Both the position numbers and the translations under genes were made by a program. A DNA stretch of 64,000 bases from Antedon mediterranea (Eukaryota; Animalia; Echinodermata): positions 18,448,912 to 18,512,911 of the forward strand of contig NC_092675.1 in the NCBI RefSeq assembly GCF_964355755.1. Reading direction: 5' to 3'. The notes under the pieces are model-generated. The model was not told the origin of the DNA. It did not search any database and worked only from the letters and a program-made list of their open reading frames with translations. Below are positions 38,101-48,876 of the stretch, one piece after another. The stretch's first letter is position 1. Each line of letters opens with the position of its first letter.

Positions 38101-41100
38101 AAATAACTAAAAAAATAAGGAAGATTACCACTGAATTTGTTGCGTCACCTCCATCCTCTTCATCTTCTTTACTATCTTTTGAGTCTTTATTTTCTTCTTC
38201 ATCCTTTGCTTTATCATCTGCATTCTCTTCCTGCTCTTTGTTTTCTTCAGCTTCCTGCTGTTCTAAATCTGCCTCACCTTTTAGGGTTTTTGTTAATCGC
38301 GCTATGAGTTGAGACTTCAGACCTTTAGGATTCAAAGTACGAACCTCAAGTTCTCGTCGTAGTTCATTAACCTATAACAGGTAAACAATATAATATTTAT
38401 TACAGCAAAATTTGTTACAACATGGATTTAGCAAAGGCCCTACGGTGCCTACTTAAGCCTAAATTTTACTTATGCCAATGTTTTACCGTGATTATTGTTA
38501 TACAGTACAACTCTCCTTGGGACACTTTACCGTGACACCAAAAAAAGGATATTTATATATTTCAACACTACTCCATTGAGATCCAGCCACTGATATGATA
38601 CCCACAGCATTGTCATTTTTTAAGTAATTAGCCTTTGGATTTATATATTCACTTAAATCTTAGACAAGGTGTTCTATTAATAGAATGTGACATTCAATTA
38701 AGACATACTGTAGAAGGAGGTAAACTTGGAAGGTAAATCTAATAACACTTTAAAAAGGATCGCTTATTACTTGGCAAAAGAAAATTTTGCCAAGTGTAGT
38801 ACTTGCTTTGTTTGTTAGCACGATAGTGCCTACAATTTTCAAGTTGTCATTCTGAAATTGTTGGTGTAAACAGGTATATACTTACAAAACATGCATATTG
38901 ATTTTTAGGAAAATTGATATTTTTTCCTTATTATATTAAAATCTTTCGTGTGTCCTCCATACAAGATATTAAAGAGCATGCCCTCTGTATTCAACATTAA
39001 TATCAAGTAGCAAGCCCTCTCTTCAAATATATTTTTCTCTGATATTGTATGATTTCCATTTCCATGATTCCATGATTTTACAGTATAATAAATGTATTAT
39101 GAACTATTTTGAAATATTTAAATGCAGTTTAAATACTAACGAATAAGTATGTATGTAAGTATATTAGAAATTCACACAAACCTTCATGTTTTTCGGATCC
39201 AGCTGGCTGTGATGTGTAGGGGTCTTAACATCATTCTCCTCTTCAACCTCCTCCTAAATGAGAAACAATATCAACTATTAGAATCATTCTAATGTAATAA
39301 CTAAAAGGTGTGATTCCTCCAACCACAAGTCATAAAGTAATTTATTAAGTTAAGATCTATATAAAATTGTTCTTTTAAATGGTTTATGTATACTGTAGAG
39401 ATATTAAATTTTGTCAACATTCAAATTAAGTGTAAATCGTTTATAGTAATATAATATTTTGAATGTATTTTGAGATTTATGGTTGAAGTCCATGGAAATC
39501 AGTCTTTCCCATTAGTTATTTGATCATAATCTGCAAAGCAAGTGTACCAAATTAAAGTCAACTACTATAATTGGCCATAGTAGGCAAAAATCCTGCAGGG
39601 TCCAGAAAAGGGTTTTCAATAATTTTTCTGTGGGTAAAAGTAACAAGTTTGTATCTTTAGTGGATCATCTCAGAAGTAGTTCACCTATTTTGTATACGGA
39701 TCATTTCTGATCGTCGTAGTGTCCAAAAATACAAACAGAACATACATTCATACATACAGTGTGTCCTAAATACTAATCAAAGTGAATTTATTATGTTTTT
39801 TGTTTGGATTGAATTAGTTAGTGTTAGCCAATCCTTTATTGAGACAGATCAGTGATGTCCATTGCTAATATTAATGAATGCAAGGGTGTGTCCAGAGCTT
39901 TTAAAATTACTTTACTTGCTCACATTCAGCCTTCCCTTATTCTACTGAGACTAAAAAGAAAAGAAAACGGTTATATGTTGCCCATGGCAACAATAAAAAG
40001 TAAACAAACGGAAATAGATGTCAGTGCCTGGGTGTCATCTTGTGAGGTCTCCGTAACGGTTTCAGTAATTTTGCTCTCAAACTGTTGTTTATAGGCTTCC
40101 GCCAAGCTTTCCCATTCTTCCCTGGTTGGAACAACCTGCCAGATATCCGGGAGGTAAATTACGGTTGTTTCCACATGCGCCGGTATGACCTTGCCTTTGT
40201 GAGTCTCTTCTGCACGATGGTATCGGATCTCCAGAAAACGAAACCTGCCATGGAGAGTGGTTAAGGATGAGGCAAGCTAACCACTAAATCAATGCCAGAA
40301 CCCTAGAGTCTGGTTCATTCTTAAACTATTAACTATTACAGTAGTTTATTTTAGTTTTGCTTTTTATAACATCATAATATATATTCATTATGGCCCATAT
40401 ACAGTACCTATATACAGTATATTATTAGTATTTCGTGTACAATGAAATTATGTAGAGAAACAATTACCATTACAATGTGGTTTAAGTTAACAAGGAATGC
40501 CAAACTAATACCACTTTCATGTCACCTAGTAAAAAACCAGGAGTTTACGCACATCAGGGTGTCAACTATGGAACGCCTCCTCTGCCTTCAGTTCACATTT
40601 ATCATGGTGATCTTGGTGTGTATTGCATGACGATTGGTGTGTACTGCATGATGTTTGGTGTGTACTGCATGACGATTGGTGTGTACTGCATGATGTTTGG
40701 TGTGTACTGCATGACGATTGGTGTGTACTGCACGACGATTGGAGTGTACTGCATGACGTTTGGTGTGTACTGCATGACGATTGGTGTGTACTGCATGACG
40801 ATTGGTGTGTACTGCATGATAAATGTGAACTGAAGGCAGAGGAGGCGTTCCATAGTCAACACCTATGTTTTATATGGTGTGTGCATGTAAGCTCCAGAGT
40901 TTTCCTAAGCAATATGAAAGGTGTATAAAAGTGCAGACAAGTATTTTTTATTCTGACGTTTAAAATTGGAACAGAAGTTGGTGCCCGTAAATTGACAGAA
41001 CAATCCATTATTTATTAGGGAAGTTGGTGCTGGTAAATTGACAGAACAGTCCATTATTTGTTAGGGATGAGAGAGTAAACACTAATATGACCTATGAAAA

Positions 41101-44100
41101 TAATGAGAATAGATTATACTCACCTTCCGTTAAATCTGAAATAAATACTACTTGACTAAAGTGCAACCCACACCCATCCTAGCGGTTTTCAATGGGGTAG
41201 ATTATCAAGATTACAATTAAGTTTTACCTCATAAAAGCAATTACTTAGTGAATACCATCATAATTGTATAATAAGTAGAATATAAAAGCTAACATTAAAA
41301 ATTGTCTTACCATTGAGTACACCCACTTAAGTCAATATTAGTGAGTGCTTTTGTGGTGCGAATAGCTGTTCTTATAAGCACCCTTGGGTCACTTTCTGGA
41401 TTCTCACCATCAAGTGATGGTGACCAAGGACCGCCGATGGCCATTACTTCATTTTTACCCTTCTGTCCCACAAGGAAGTTGATAAGTCTTGTGGGATGTT
41501 GAAAGCTATCTCGAATGTCAGGTGGATCGTCTGAACGGCCACAACAACGTTCATAAAAATCTTCTAAAGAAACAGACGCCATAAGCATAACCTGGAGACA
41601 TAGAAATAATTTTTTTATTTATTATTTAATATTATAGACTGCTCTCCATGTGTAATAGTGGCTATGTGTATACTACACCAGGGTAATCACCTACTTGTCT
41701 CAAAAGATGTACTAGGTTTTTTAAAGTGCGCAAGAGCTAGATGTGTACACTGAACCTACGGTTTATAGTCCTTAACTGAGAAGATTCATTGTAACCATAG
41801 AACCATGGAGCGAGTGAGCCTCAAACCTTTGCCGATGTTATGGCTACGTAATACTATTTCACTGTTTTAACCACTCGGTCACTCACTTGCTCATAGGGTT
41901 TGCAGTGTCACTGGTTGTTGGTTTTACAACATTTGCAAGGTCATAAACAAGTAATAAGCTTAACCTAAGCATCTTGACCTGGGAACTACAGTAGCATGTT
42001 ATCAGAAAGGTAGGTAACAGAACAATTATTCATTCTATAGTCAATTTCAAAGCTAAATCCGAAAATATTTGTTTTATTTTATCCCCCATATCAAATCCTT
42101 TGTGCTATTTGTATGTTGAACATGATTATTGTTTTTAATATAAATCTGAAAATATATTGCACAGCTGTGGTGCTTATATTGAAATCGCAGGTGAAGAGGA
42201 ACAGTAACTTAACTGTACACCACTTACCAATATTTTAATCAGAAATAAAGCATACCTTTGCTTGATACACATGACTGGAATCTGTTGGTTCCAGCTGACT
42301 GTCACTCTTGGTCAATGGGTCCACCTCCTTGTTCATGACATGAAAAAAGCATGGATTGTCCAGTGAGATGGGTTTATCAATCGGAAAAGCATCTAACCAG
42401 TTCATCTTAGCTTCATAAAAATCACTTGGCGTGTACATATTGCTATAGCGTCCTCTCAGTTGTAGTACATTGGCCATGGGACTAAATATAAGACACAAAA
42501 GAACAAATGTATAAGTTAATGTTTAGAATACCTCCCAAAATCATTTTTTTCATTAATAGCTTGTTTTATCAGATTTATATTGTCTTATATGTATAAAGAA
42601 GTATTACAGCATTAACTAATACCTAAAACATTTTTTACCATAAAATGGGTTACTTTCATGTCTCTTATGTTTGTTTTATACTTTTTTTCTTTATACTTAT
42701 TTTCTTTGGAAATTAATAATATTTTATCAGAGTTAAGTAATCGGAAATACTGTAATAAAGATGTTTTAACAGAATTTATGCATGTAGCCTAGGAGAAAGA
42801 AATCATGTAGTTTCACTCACTTATTGATGACATGTCGAGCTATTTGAACAATATATCTTGGTGTTGCCCTGCGTGTCCTACGAGGTGATCGACGTGGAGA
42901 CCTAGAACGCCGTGGTGAGCGAGATCGCTTCCTCACTGGAGATCTTTCTCTCCGCGGCCGTTCTCTTTCCCTGGGGCGATCACGGTGTTCATCTCTCCGT
43001 TCTTCACGCCTGAAGCTCTCTCGTCTACGTGACGGTTGGTTGCTTTGTAAGTTTCGCGAGTTTTGCATCAAAACTGGAGAAGCTATTAACAAGTATTTAA
43101 TAAAAACTTTCAGTAATTAAAAAGTGTATGTCCAAAATATGTCAAATACATGAGAGTGAAAATGCTTAGATACTTAACAATACAGAAAACTACTATTTAC
43201 TCAATCATACATAAGCCAACTTAATTATACATTGAGACCGGTGCACAAAAGAGATTTAATAAATTGTAAAGAATGTTTCATATTTAAAAAACATAATTTA
43301 AAAATATTGTGGTGTAACACACGTACAATGTGTGTGTATGTGTGGGAATCATGAGCTTAATTTGAGCAAAGAATTAACACTACAGTAGCTTGATATTTTG
43401 TTTGGCCTTCTGTCTTAAGTTAAGTTATATATTCAGAGTGGAGTTGTGGCTTGGTGGTTATGATGCTTGGCTACCACTCCAAGGGTCCTAGGTTCAAGGA
43501 CAAAATTACAACGCCACTCCCAAAGACTTAATAAGATTTTGTTTATGTAGAGCATCTTGTGTATATGTTTGTTGTGTAAACCTCCGAGTGTCTCTAATGA
43601 TCAGCAATTGCTCAATATGGTAAAAAAAATACATTTAAGAGAGAGGGAAAGACAATAAAATATTATTAATCAGTCCAGAGGCTATGTTCAAACACTGCCA
43701 ATCATATCAAACTAAATAAAAAAAAGTGACCCACTCGATAGGAGTGGTTGTGCTTGCTTTATTTGAATTTGGACAATTGTGAAATTTTGATCTGGCATTG
43801 TGAGCCTACTGTAAAGTACTTACATCCAACTTGAGTTGAGAGAAGAGAAGGAATGTTACCAGGGTTGATTTGACCAGATCCGCCAAGACCAAGACCACGT
43901 AGAACTTGAGCATTACTTCCAACCATCGATGGACTCTAAGTAAAACAAAAAAAATGGAATGAATAAAAAAAAACTGTTACTGTTACAGTATCCACATTAT
44001 TGTGCGACTAAAACATATTTTTTATGTTCCAACAATATGCACTATTAAAAGATACAGTAACCATTAAGCTCGTTTCCACTTGGATGCAACACGATGCAAA

Positions 44101-45848
44101 CCCAGTGAAAGTAATTTGACCAATTACAATCTTCTGATGTTGTTTATTTTTGTTACTTACCTTCTTGATGTTCATTTTATCAAACTTGTTTTGATTTATT
44201 AAGAATTGAATCAATGCGATGGGTTATTTATTATTATCAACTAACTTGTGTTGCAATGCATCCGAGCGAGAACTAAGCACTTTTTATTGGCCAACTCGTT
44301 TGCGTTGGGTTTCTTCCTAGTGGAAACCAAGCTTTAGACTAAACTGAAGAAAAATACCGCAGCAGCAGCACAATTATGTTATGTTTCAACTAACCTGACT
44401 TGGCAACACCTGAATGCGAGTTGCATTCCATTTAAATGGCATATTTGCATTAAATGATGCTTCCACTAAAACACGGTCGTTAACCTTTGGCATAGAGCCT
44501 TTCACACAACTAGGGATAAAAAGAAATAAAAATTTAACATATAACAAGATAAATACAATTTGAGAATGTTACTGTAAAGCTCTAGATACTACTGTAAGAA
44601 ATACCACCCTTCAACTTACCTTATCTGAAAGAACACATCCTCATCGACAAAGCCGAAGGTATCATGTAATTTTGTAACTGTACCAGTGAAGACACGTTGT
44701 TTTGGTTGTGGTGTCTGACCTACCCTCTGAGTAGGGTAACTGACAGTAAGCTGACCGCCACTGCTTGCAACACCATGACCCATTGACTGCAAAAGAAAAG
44801 GCAATCCACAATGTAAGAATATGTAGGATATGCAAACAAACTGGAGAAACTGTACGATTAAAAACAAACAAAAAATTCGCATAGGGCATGTGGCGCAGTG
44901 TGTTGAACATTTGACTATTGATCATGAGTTTAAATCCAAAATCTCAATGCATTGCCTGTATAATGTAAGGATACTTTACTTACATTTGTACAAATGGGTA
45001 CTGCACTGATACTGGCTGCAACATTATGAGAGTATGTTTCCAGATGTATTTGATTCAAACATGACCGAGAGGTAATAATGTGAAGAGCATAGAGGCTTTG
45101 TGCATTAAGGGGCTATATAAGATTAGGGTACTGTTATATAACAAAATTGTTCATGATGATGTTGCAATACACTGTAGTTAATTAGGAAAGACAATACAAA
45201 ACCTGTAAAGAGTTCTGCTGAGCTGCCATAACTTGCTGCTGTTGAAGTTGATAAGCTGCACTAGCTTGAAGGCTAGCTGCATTCTGACCTCCCAGTGATT
45301 GTAAACTCTGCACATACCCACCAGGACCAGGTCCAAGTAAAGCTGATTGAGATTGTGTCTGTAAACTGGCTTGAGCTTGAATATAAAGACAAATTGGCAT
45401 AAAGTAAAGAATTAGTAGAGAAATAAGAATTAGTTAACTGTCAAATGTGTTAATGCCCATAATTAACAGACACACCGGCAGACCATTTTCAACAATCAAT
45501 GCCTTTAAAACAGAACTTTGTCGAGTTAAATTTCGTTTCCCTCTAACCAAATACCTTTCCCTAATCAAGAGTAAGCTTACTGTGCTTTAGAAGTATTGTA
45601 AGGAGTGTTACAATGCATCCAATATGTAGGTTGTTCGACGATTAAGCATCATTTGTTTTGATTGGAAGTGATTATTTAGTGGTTATTTTTAGTTGTTAGA
45701 AGACTAGAGAGATTACTGTACAGTATATTAGCAGGCAGAAGCAATATAATAAATATATAATAAATTACAAATTACCTAAGCCAGTCTGGCCAGCTGCCAT
45801 TGCTGCCCATGGTGGATCCTTCCTTGAACCAGCTCCAAATTGTGCCAT
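25949..45848 (-). CDS. CCAR1: Cell division cycle and apoptosis regulator 1 (CCAR1/CARP-1), whole gene span, 19 coding exons, 1067 aa
   Basis: N-terminus MAQFGAGSRKDPPWA; S1-like domain QRVFTGTVTKLHDTFGFVDEDVFFQ; RS-rich region; DBC1/Nudix-like domain (HPTRLINFLVG...AIGGPWSPSLDG); SAP domain (VNELRRELEVRTLNPKGLKSQLIARL); EF-hand (YFDQSHCGYL); C-terminal coiled coil. Spliced CDS of 3204 nt stays in frame. Confidence 0.95.
26571..26759 (-). CDS. CCAR1: CCAR1 coding exon 18
   Basis: GLVMYRGAIVDIDSVMQRLEKS; gtaaga donor. Confidence 0.9.
27619..27763 (-). CDS. CCAR1: CCAR1 coding exon 17
   Basis: VRKLLNNVVVRDSWNYRKLTD. Confidence 0.9.
27922..28282. mobile_element. PIF/Harbinger-type MITE
   Basis: TIRs gtgtggttccactag / ctagtgggaaccacac with TAA on both flanks. 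Confidence 0.7.
28599..28825 (-). CDS. CCAR1: CCAR1 coding exon 16 (EF-hand)
   Basis: DLLLACVYFDQSHCGYLLEKDLDDILHTMGLNLSRSQ. Confidence 0.92.
29022..33760. repeat. 68/69-bp tandem satellite, about 70 copies, inside a CCAR1 intron
   Basis: Unit CCCTGAATAGGGGTTAGCCATAGTGTTAAAACATATATTTCTCTTTGTTTGATCCACAGTAAAGTGTC; explains all ORFs from 28981 to 33791. Confidence 0.98.
34095..34179 (-). CDS. CCAR1: CCAR1 coding exon 15 (acidic)
   Basis: 85 nt, phase 0 to 1. Confidence 0.83.
34514..34600 (-). CDS. CCAR1: CCAR1 coding exon 14 (charged, EPSVKRRR NLS-like)
   Basis: 87 nt, phase 0 to 0, gtgagt donor. Confidence 0.85.
35222..35347 (-). CDS. CCAR1: CCAR1 coding exon 13
   Basis: VSLVAELFNEMLQRDFAFHIYKAL. 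Confidence 0.92.
35451..37470 (+). mobile_element. Non-autonomous Helentron/HINE-like rolling-circle element
   Basis: 5' subTIR plus palindrome ttagttatccgc...gcggataact (three tandem copies); 3' subTIR tgcggataactaa followed directly by hairpin ctcgtca-aag-tgacgag and CTAG-TT; internal duplication of about 300 bp; CpG-rich. Confidence 0.75.
37742..37933 (-). CDS. CCAR1: CCAR1 coding exon 12
   Basis: IIVHPSSTAKSGKFDCTLMSLSVLLDY...KEASFE; gtaagt donor. Confidence 0.92.
38129..38371 (-). CDS. CCAR1: CCAR1 coding exon 11 (SAP domain, acidic tract)
   Basis: VNELRRELEVRTLNPKGLKSQLIARLTK. Confidence 0.9.
39182..39253 (-). CDS. CCAR1: CCAR1 coding exon 10
   Basis: TPTHHSQLDPKNMK immediately precedes the SAP domain. 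Confidence 0.88.
40028..40244 (-). CDS. CCAR1: CCAR1 coding exon 9 (DBC1 domain end); 3' boundary inferred at a GC donor
   Basis: FRFLEIRYHR...HVETTVIYLPDIW. The next exon needs phase 0, and CAG|GCACTG fits. Confidence 0.8.
40558..40863. mobile_element. Inverted-repeat element (about 49-bp arms) enclosing about 10 copies of a 21-bp repeat
   Basis: Arm actatggaacgcctcctctgccttcagttcacatttatcatg is perfectly inverted at 40815..40856; unit TTGGTGTGTACTGCATGACGA. Confidence 0.85.
41311..41591 (-). CDS. CCAR1: CCAR1 coding exon 8 (DBC1 domain)
   Basis: HPTRLINFLVGQKGKNEVMAIGGPWSPSLDG...IDLSGCTQW. Confidence 0.93.
41658..41890 (-). mobile_element. Second copy of the Deu/Nin-like SINE (CCAR1 intron)
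   Basis: Reverse complement aligns along its length with 14720..14945. Confidence 0.85.
42256..42481 (-). CDS. CCAR1: CCAR1 coding exon 7
   Basis: LRGRYSNMYTPSDFYEAKMNWLDAFP. Confidence 0.9.
42821..43082 (-). CDS. CCAR1: CCAR1 coding exon 6 (RS/RE-rich)
   Basis: RERSPVRKRSRSPRRSRSPRR...PRYIVQI; gtgagt donor. Confidence 0.9.
43436..43620 (+). mobile_element. Degenerate tRNA-derived SINE
   Basis: A-box-like tggcttggtgg and B-box-like ggttcaagg; motif gtctctaatgatcagc is shared with about 27247. Confidence 0.45.
43824..43935 (-). CDS. CCAR1: CCAR1 coding exon 5
   Basis: Open frame, phase 0 to 1, gtaagt donor. Confidence 0.8.
44067..44333. mobile_element. PIF/Harbinger-type MITE
   Basis: TTA|AGCTCGTTTCCAC ... 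GTGGAAACCAAGCT|TTA: imperfect TIR with a 3-bp TTA target duplication. Confidence 0.7.
44395..44509 (-). CDS. CCAR1: CCAR1 coding exon 4 (S1-like domain end)
   Basis: VKGSMPKVNDRVLVEASFNANMPFKWNATRIQ. Confidence 0.92.
44620..44786 (-). CDS. CCAR1: CCAR1 coding exon 3 (S1-like domain start)
   Basis: KQRVFTGTVTKLHDTFGFVDEDVFFQ; gtaagt donor. Confidence 0.92.
45203..45375 (-). CDS. CCAR1: CCAR1 coding exon 2 (Q/A/S-rich)
   Basis: In frame, AG/GT flanks, phase 1 to 0. Confidence 0.8.
45776..45848 (-). CDS. CCAR1: CCAR1 coding exon 1 (start codon)
   Basis: MAQFGAGSRKDPPWAAM; gtaatt donor; acceptor at 45887-45888. Confidence 0.9.
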
Positions 45849-46089
45849 TACTTTACAAACTTGTACAGTACTGTAGGCCTACCTACCTGAATAACAAACA
45901 TTTAAGAATAATAATTGTTTAGGCATTTAAAGGTCGTTAATATTATTTAATATATTTACATTAGCACATTCCACCAACAATGTTGTTTAATGCAATGTGC
46001 ACTTTTCAACTACAGTACATGGTTCTCTCAGGGTCATGTCATGTTGGTGCTCCCAACTACAGCTCTATGTCGCATGAGCTATGAATGTA

Positions 46090-46152
46090 GTACACCGAGG
46101 TAACCCTTACTCGTCTCAAACTACAGTACTACTACAGTACGTTCTTTAAAGT
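46090..46152 (-). mobile_element. Fragment of the same SINE core
   Basis: ctttaaagaac...tttgagacgagtaagggttacctcggtgta on the minus strand. Confidence 0.6.
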
Positions 46153-46826
46153 ACTGGAGTACAGTAGTCGTTGTTTGTACTGTGTATGATCTGTGGCAGA
46201 TATGGCTTATCACAAGGCTTTTAATACTATTATTATTAATATTAATCTGATGCCCCATCTCATGCTTGCACTGTACAGCTGAAAAGATAGTTTTGTTTTA
46301 AAAAATGAAATGCTTCTTCAACCAAAATTATAAATATGAATATATATTATTATTTAAAAAACATGAGGGGGCTAACTGCATGTAGGCCTAGGCCCTAGGC
46401 CTAGCAGAACGCCATCTCATTCACCACGAATACAGTATGTATCACTTTCTACTACTACTAGCCTAGGAGGCTATAATATAATAGTATTGTATATAGCCTA
46501 CTACTAGGCCTACTACTACTAGCAGGCTAGAGTTTAGACTAGTAGTGTAGGCCTTAGCCTAAGTAGCTAGGGCATGACTATCCGGCCTAGCTAGGAGGCT
46601 AGCTAGGCCTATATTATTATAAGATTAGCTAGGTAAGGCCAGGGGAGGTAGGCCGGGTGCCGTTGGCGTTGTTGACTAGTAGTAGAAGTAGCCCTCTACG
46701 CCTCGTACGTAAGTTAGTAGTAGTACTCTACTACACAGTAGCCTAGGCCTCCTAGCTAGCCTTGGTAGAGAGGCCGGCCTAGCTAGTAGTAGGCTAGAGG
46801 GCCTCCTCTACTACTAACTAGGCCTA

Positions 46827-48727
46827 GGCGGATGCTAGTCAAGTCGCCCCATCGCAAAGTCGCCCCATACAAAGTCGCCCCTTACACAGTCGCCCCATCG
46901 CAAAGTCGCCCCAAAACAAAGTCGCCCCTTACACAGTCGCCCCATCGCAAAGTCGCCCCAACGCAAAGTCGCCCCAACGCAAAGTCGCCCCATCGCAAAG
47001 TCGCCCCATCACAAAGTCGCCCTATCGCAAAGTCGCCCAAAACGTTAAAAAATAGTTTACAATTGTGCGTAAAATGTCGCAATGATACACAAAATAACAC
47101 GGAACGTGTAGGCATAAAAGGGGAAGCCCCGCCATGTAGTCTCAGGTCACACGATCGGCACGCACCCCCATCATCAGAGTGAAAACCTCGACTAATCACT
47201 CAGCGGTCGCACTAACGTGCTATAGCTTACCAGCAGAGGGAAACCCCGTAATTACTCCGCCGTTGTCGCACTACAATGCACCATTCTGAAGATGGGGAAA
47301 CCCCGCCGGAGTTTTACGATGATATCAGTCGCGTTCGAAATCGGTCGCGTTTAATTTTGGTCGCGATAAAATGATGTTATAGGCCTACGATCTAGATTAT
47401 TTTTACTTTGGTCGATGAATATTTATTGTTATTATTAGGTCTATATTAATAATTGATTTTTGTTTTTATTTTACAGGTCAGTATGATGGGAAAGATGTGT
47501 GCCTTAAAAAAATGACAATTTGTAAACATAGTTTAAGATTATATTATTATCCAGCATAATGTCATTTGACAGTACATAATTATTTAAATGTGAAATATTT
47601 TATAGGAAACGTAGGCTGCGTCTGTGTCTTTTATTTTATATGCAACAAATTACGTAAAACAATTTATTTATAAACATTCAGTTTACTATTATTATACATA
47701 GTATTACAATGAACATTGATTATAATCCTGGAAATGCAATCTCATCATTATATCCATTATAAAATTGCATCATATCACCACTATATGTCGTAAATGATGA
47801 CGTGCGTGTGTGTATTCGTCGTACGTCTGTGTACGTATTATTCCGTGCCTCTTCACTGTCTTGTTTAATTTAAAATTAAATATACACCCGATATGAGGAT
47901 ATTTATTAGGCATGTTAATTAGAATGTTCTAAAACCAAAAGGGTTGAAAAGAATTTCTTCAGTAAAATGATCATTGTGCTGTTGAATAAAAGGCGACTCG
48001 CCATCTGAAACATTCTCTCAAACCAATCGGAGCTGCGCCTTCTGGTATCTGTTTCCTCACAGCTGCTACGTCTTTCTGCTGACCGTCGGGGATTCCCCTT
48101 TTTAAAAAACACGCACACGATACTGTACGATGGTTTTTTTCCATGGTCAAAATGTAGCGTTTTAAACTTTACTAAAATACCTGCATGTAAAACAATCATA
48201 TCGGCGATGAAATCCTTTTTTTTCCTTCATTTTGAAAAGTCATTATAAAAGTAAGACACATAACTTGTCAATAAATGCAAAATGATCAATAAGTAGCCTA
48301 TAACACTCATTGTCTTACAACACTGTTTTACAACTCATTGTCTTACAAATCTATACGAAGGCCTACACATTTATACATTTATTATATTATCCTAAAAAAT
48401 GAGCTGGTATTAGCGCGACCAAAGTAACAACGCAATCGATATCAAACGCAACCGATATGAAATAGCGTAGGCTACTACTAGGGCGGCGCTTCATAATCAT
48501 ACCGAAATAAAACCGTGGGCGACTTTGCGATGGGGCGACTTTGCGATGGGGCGACTTTGCGTTGGGGCGACTTTGCGCTGGGGCGACTTTGTAATGTGGC
48601 GACTTTGCGATGGGGCGACTGTGCCTGGGCGACTTTGTTTTGGGGCGACTTTGCGATGGGGCGACTTTGTATTGGGCGACTTTGTATGGGGCGACTTTGC
48701 GATGGGGCGACTTGACTGGATCCCGCC
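46827..48727. mobile_element. 1.9-kb non-autonomous foldback DNA transposon with inverted subterminal 16-bp arrays
   Basis: TA|GGCGG..AGTCAAGTCGCCCC at the left end and GGGGCGACTTGACT..CCGCC|TA at the right; about 12 copies of AAAGTCGCCCCATCGC at each end in opposite orientation; no recognisable transposase. Confidence 0.85.
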
Positions 48728-48876
48728 TAGGCTAGGCTAGGCCTAGTAGGCCTAGGCCTAGTAAACTAGGCAAATTATAGCAACAAAGTAGGCTTTATGA
48801 TTCTACAAATAATTGCAAAAGTTTAACACACAAATTCTTTATACAATTAAAATAATAAGAACAGAGAATAGCTTAC

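Noticed and set aside
40442-40928. Cys/His-rich repetitive ORFs (GVYCMTI, HDDWCVL)
   Set aside because: Translations of the 21-bp tandem repeat inside an intron.
46832-48740. ORFs within the foldback element as transposase
   Set aside because: Terminal ORFs are repeat translations; no DDE or other recognisable domain in the middle.
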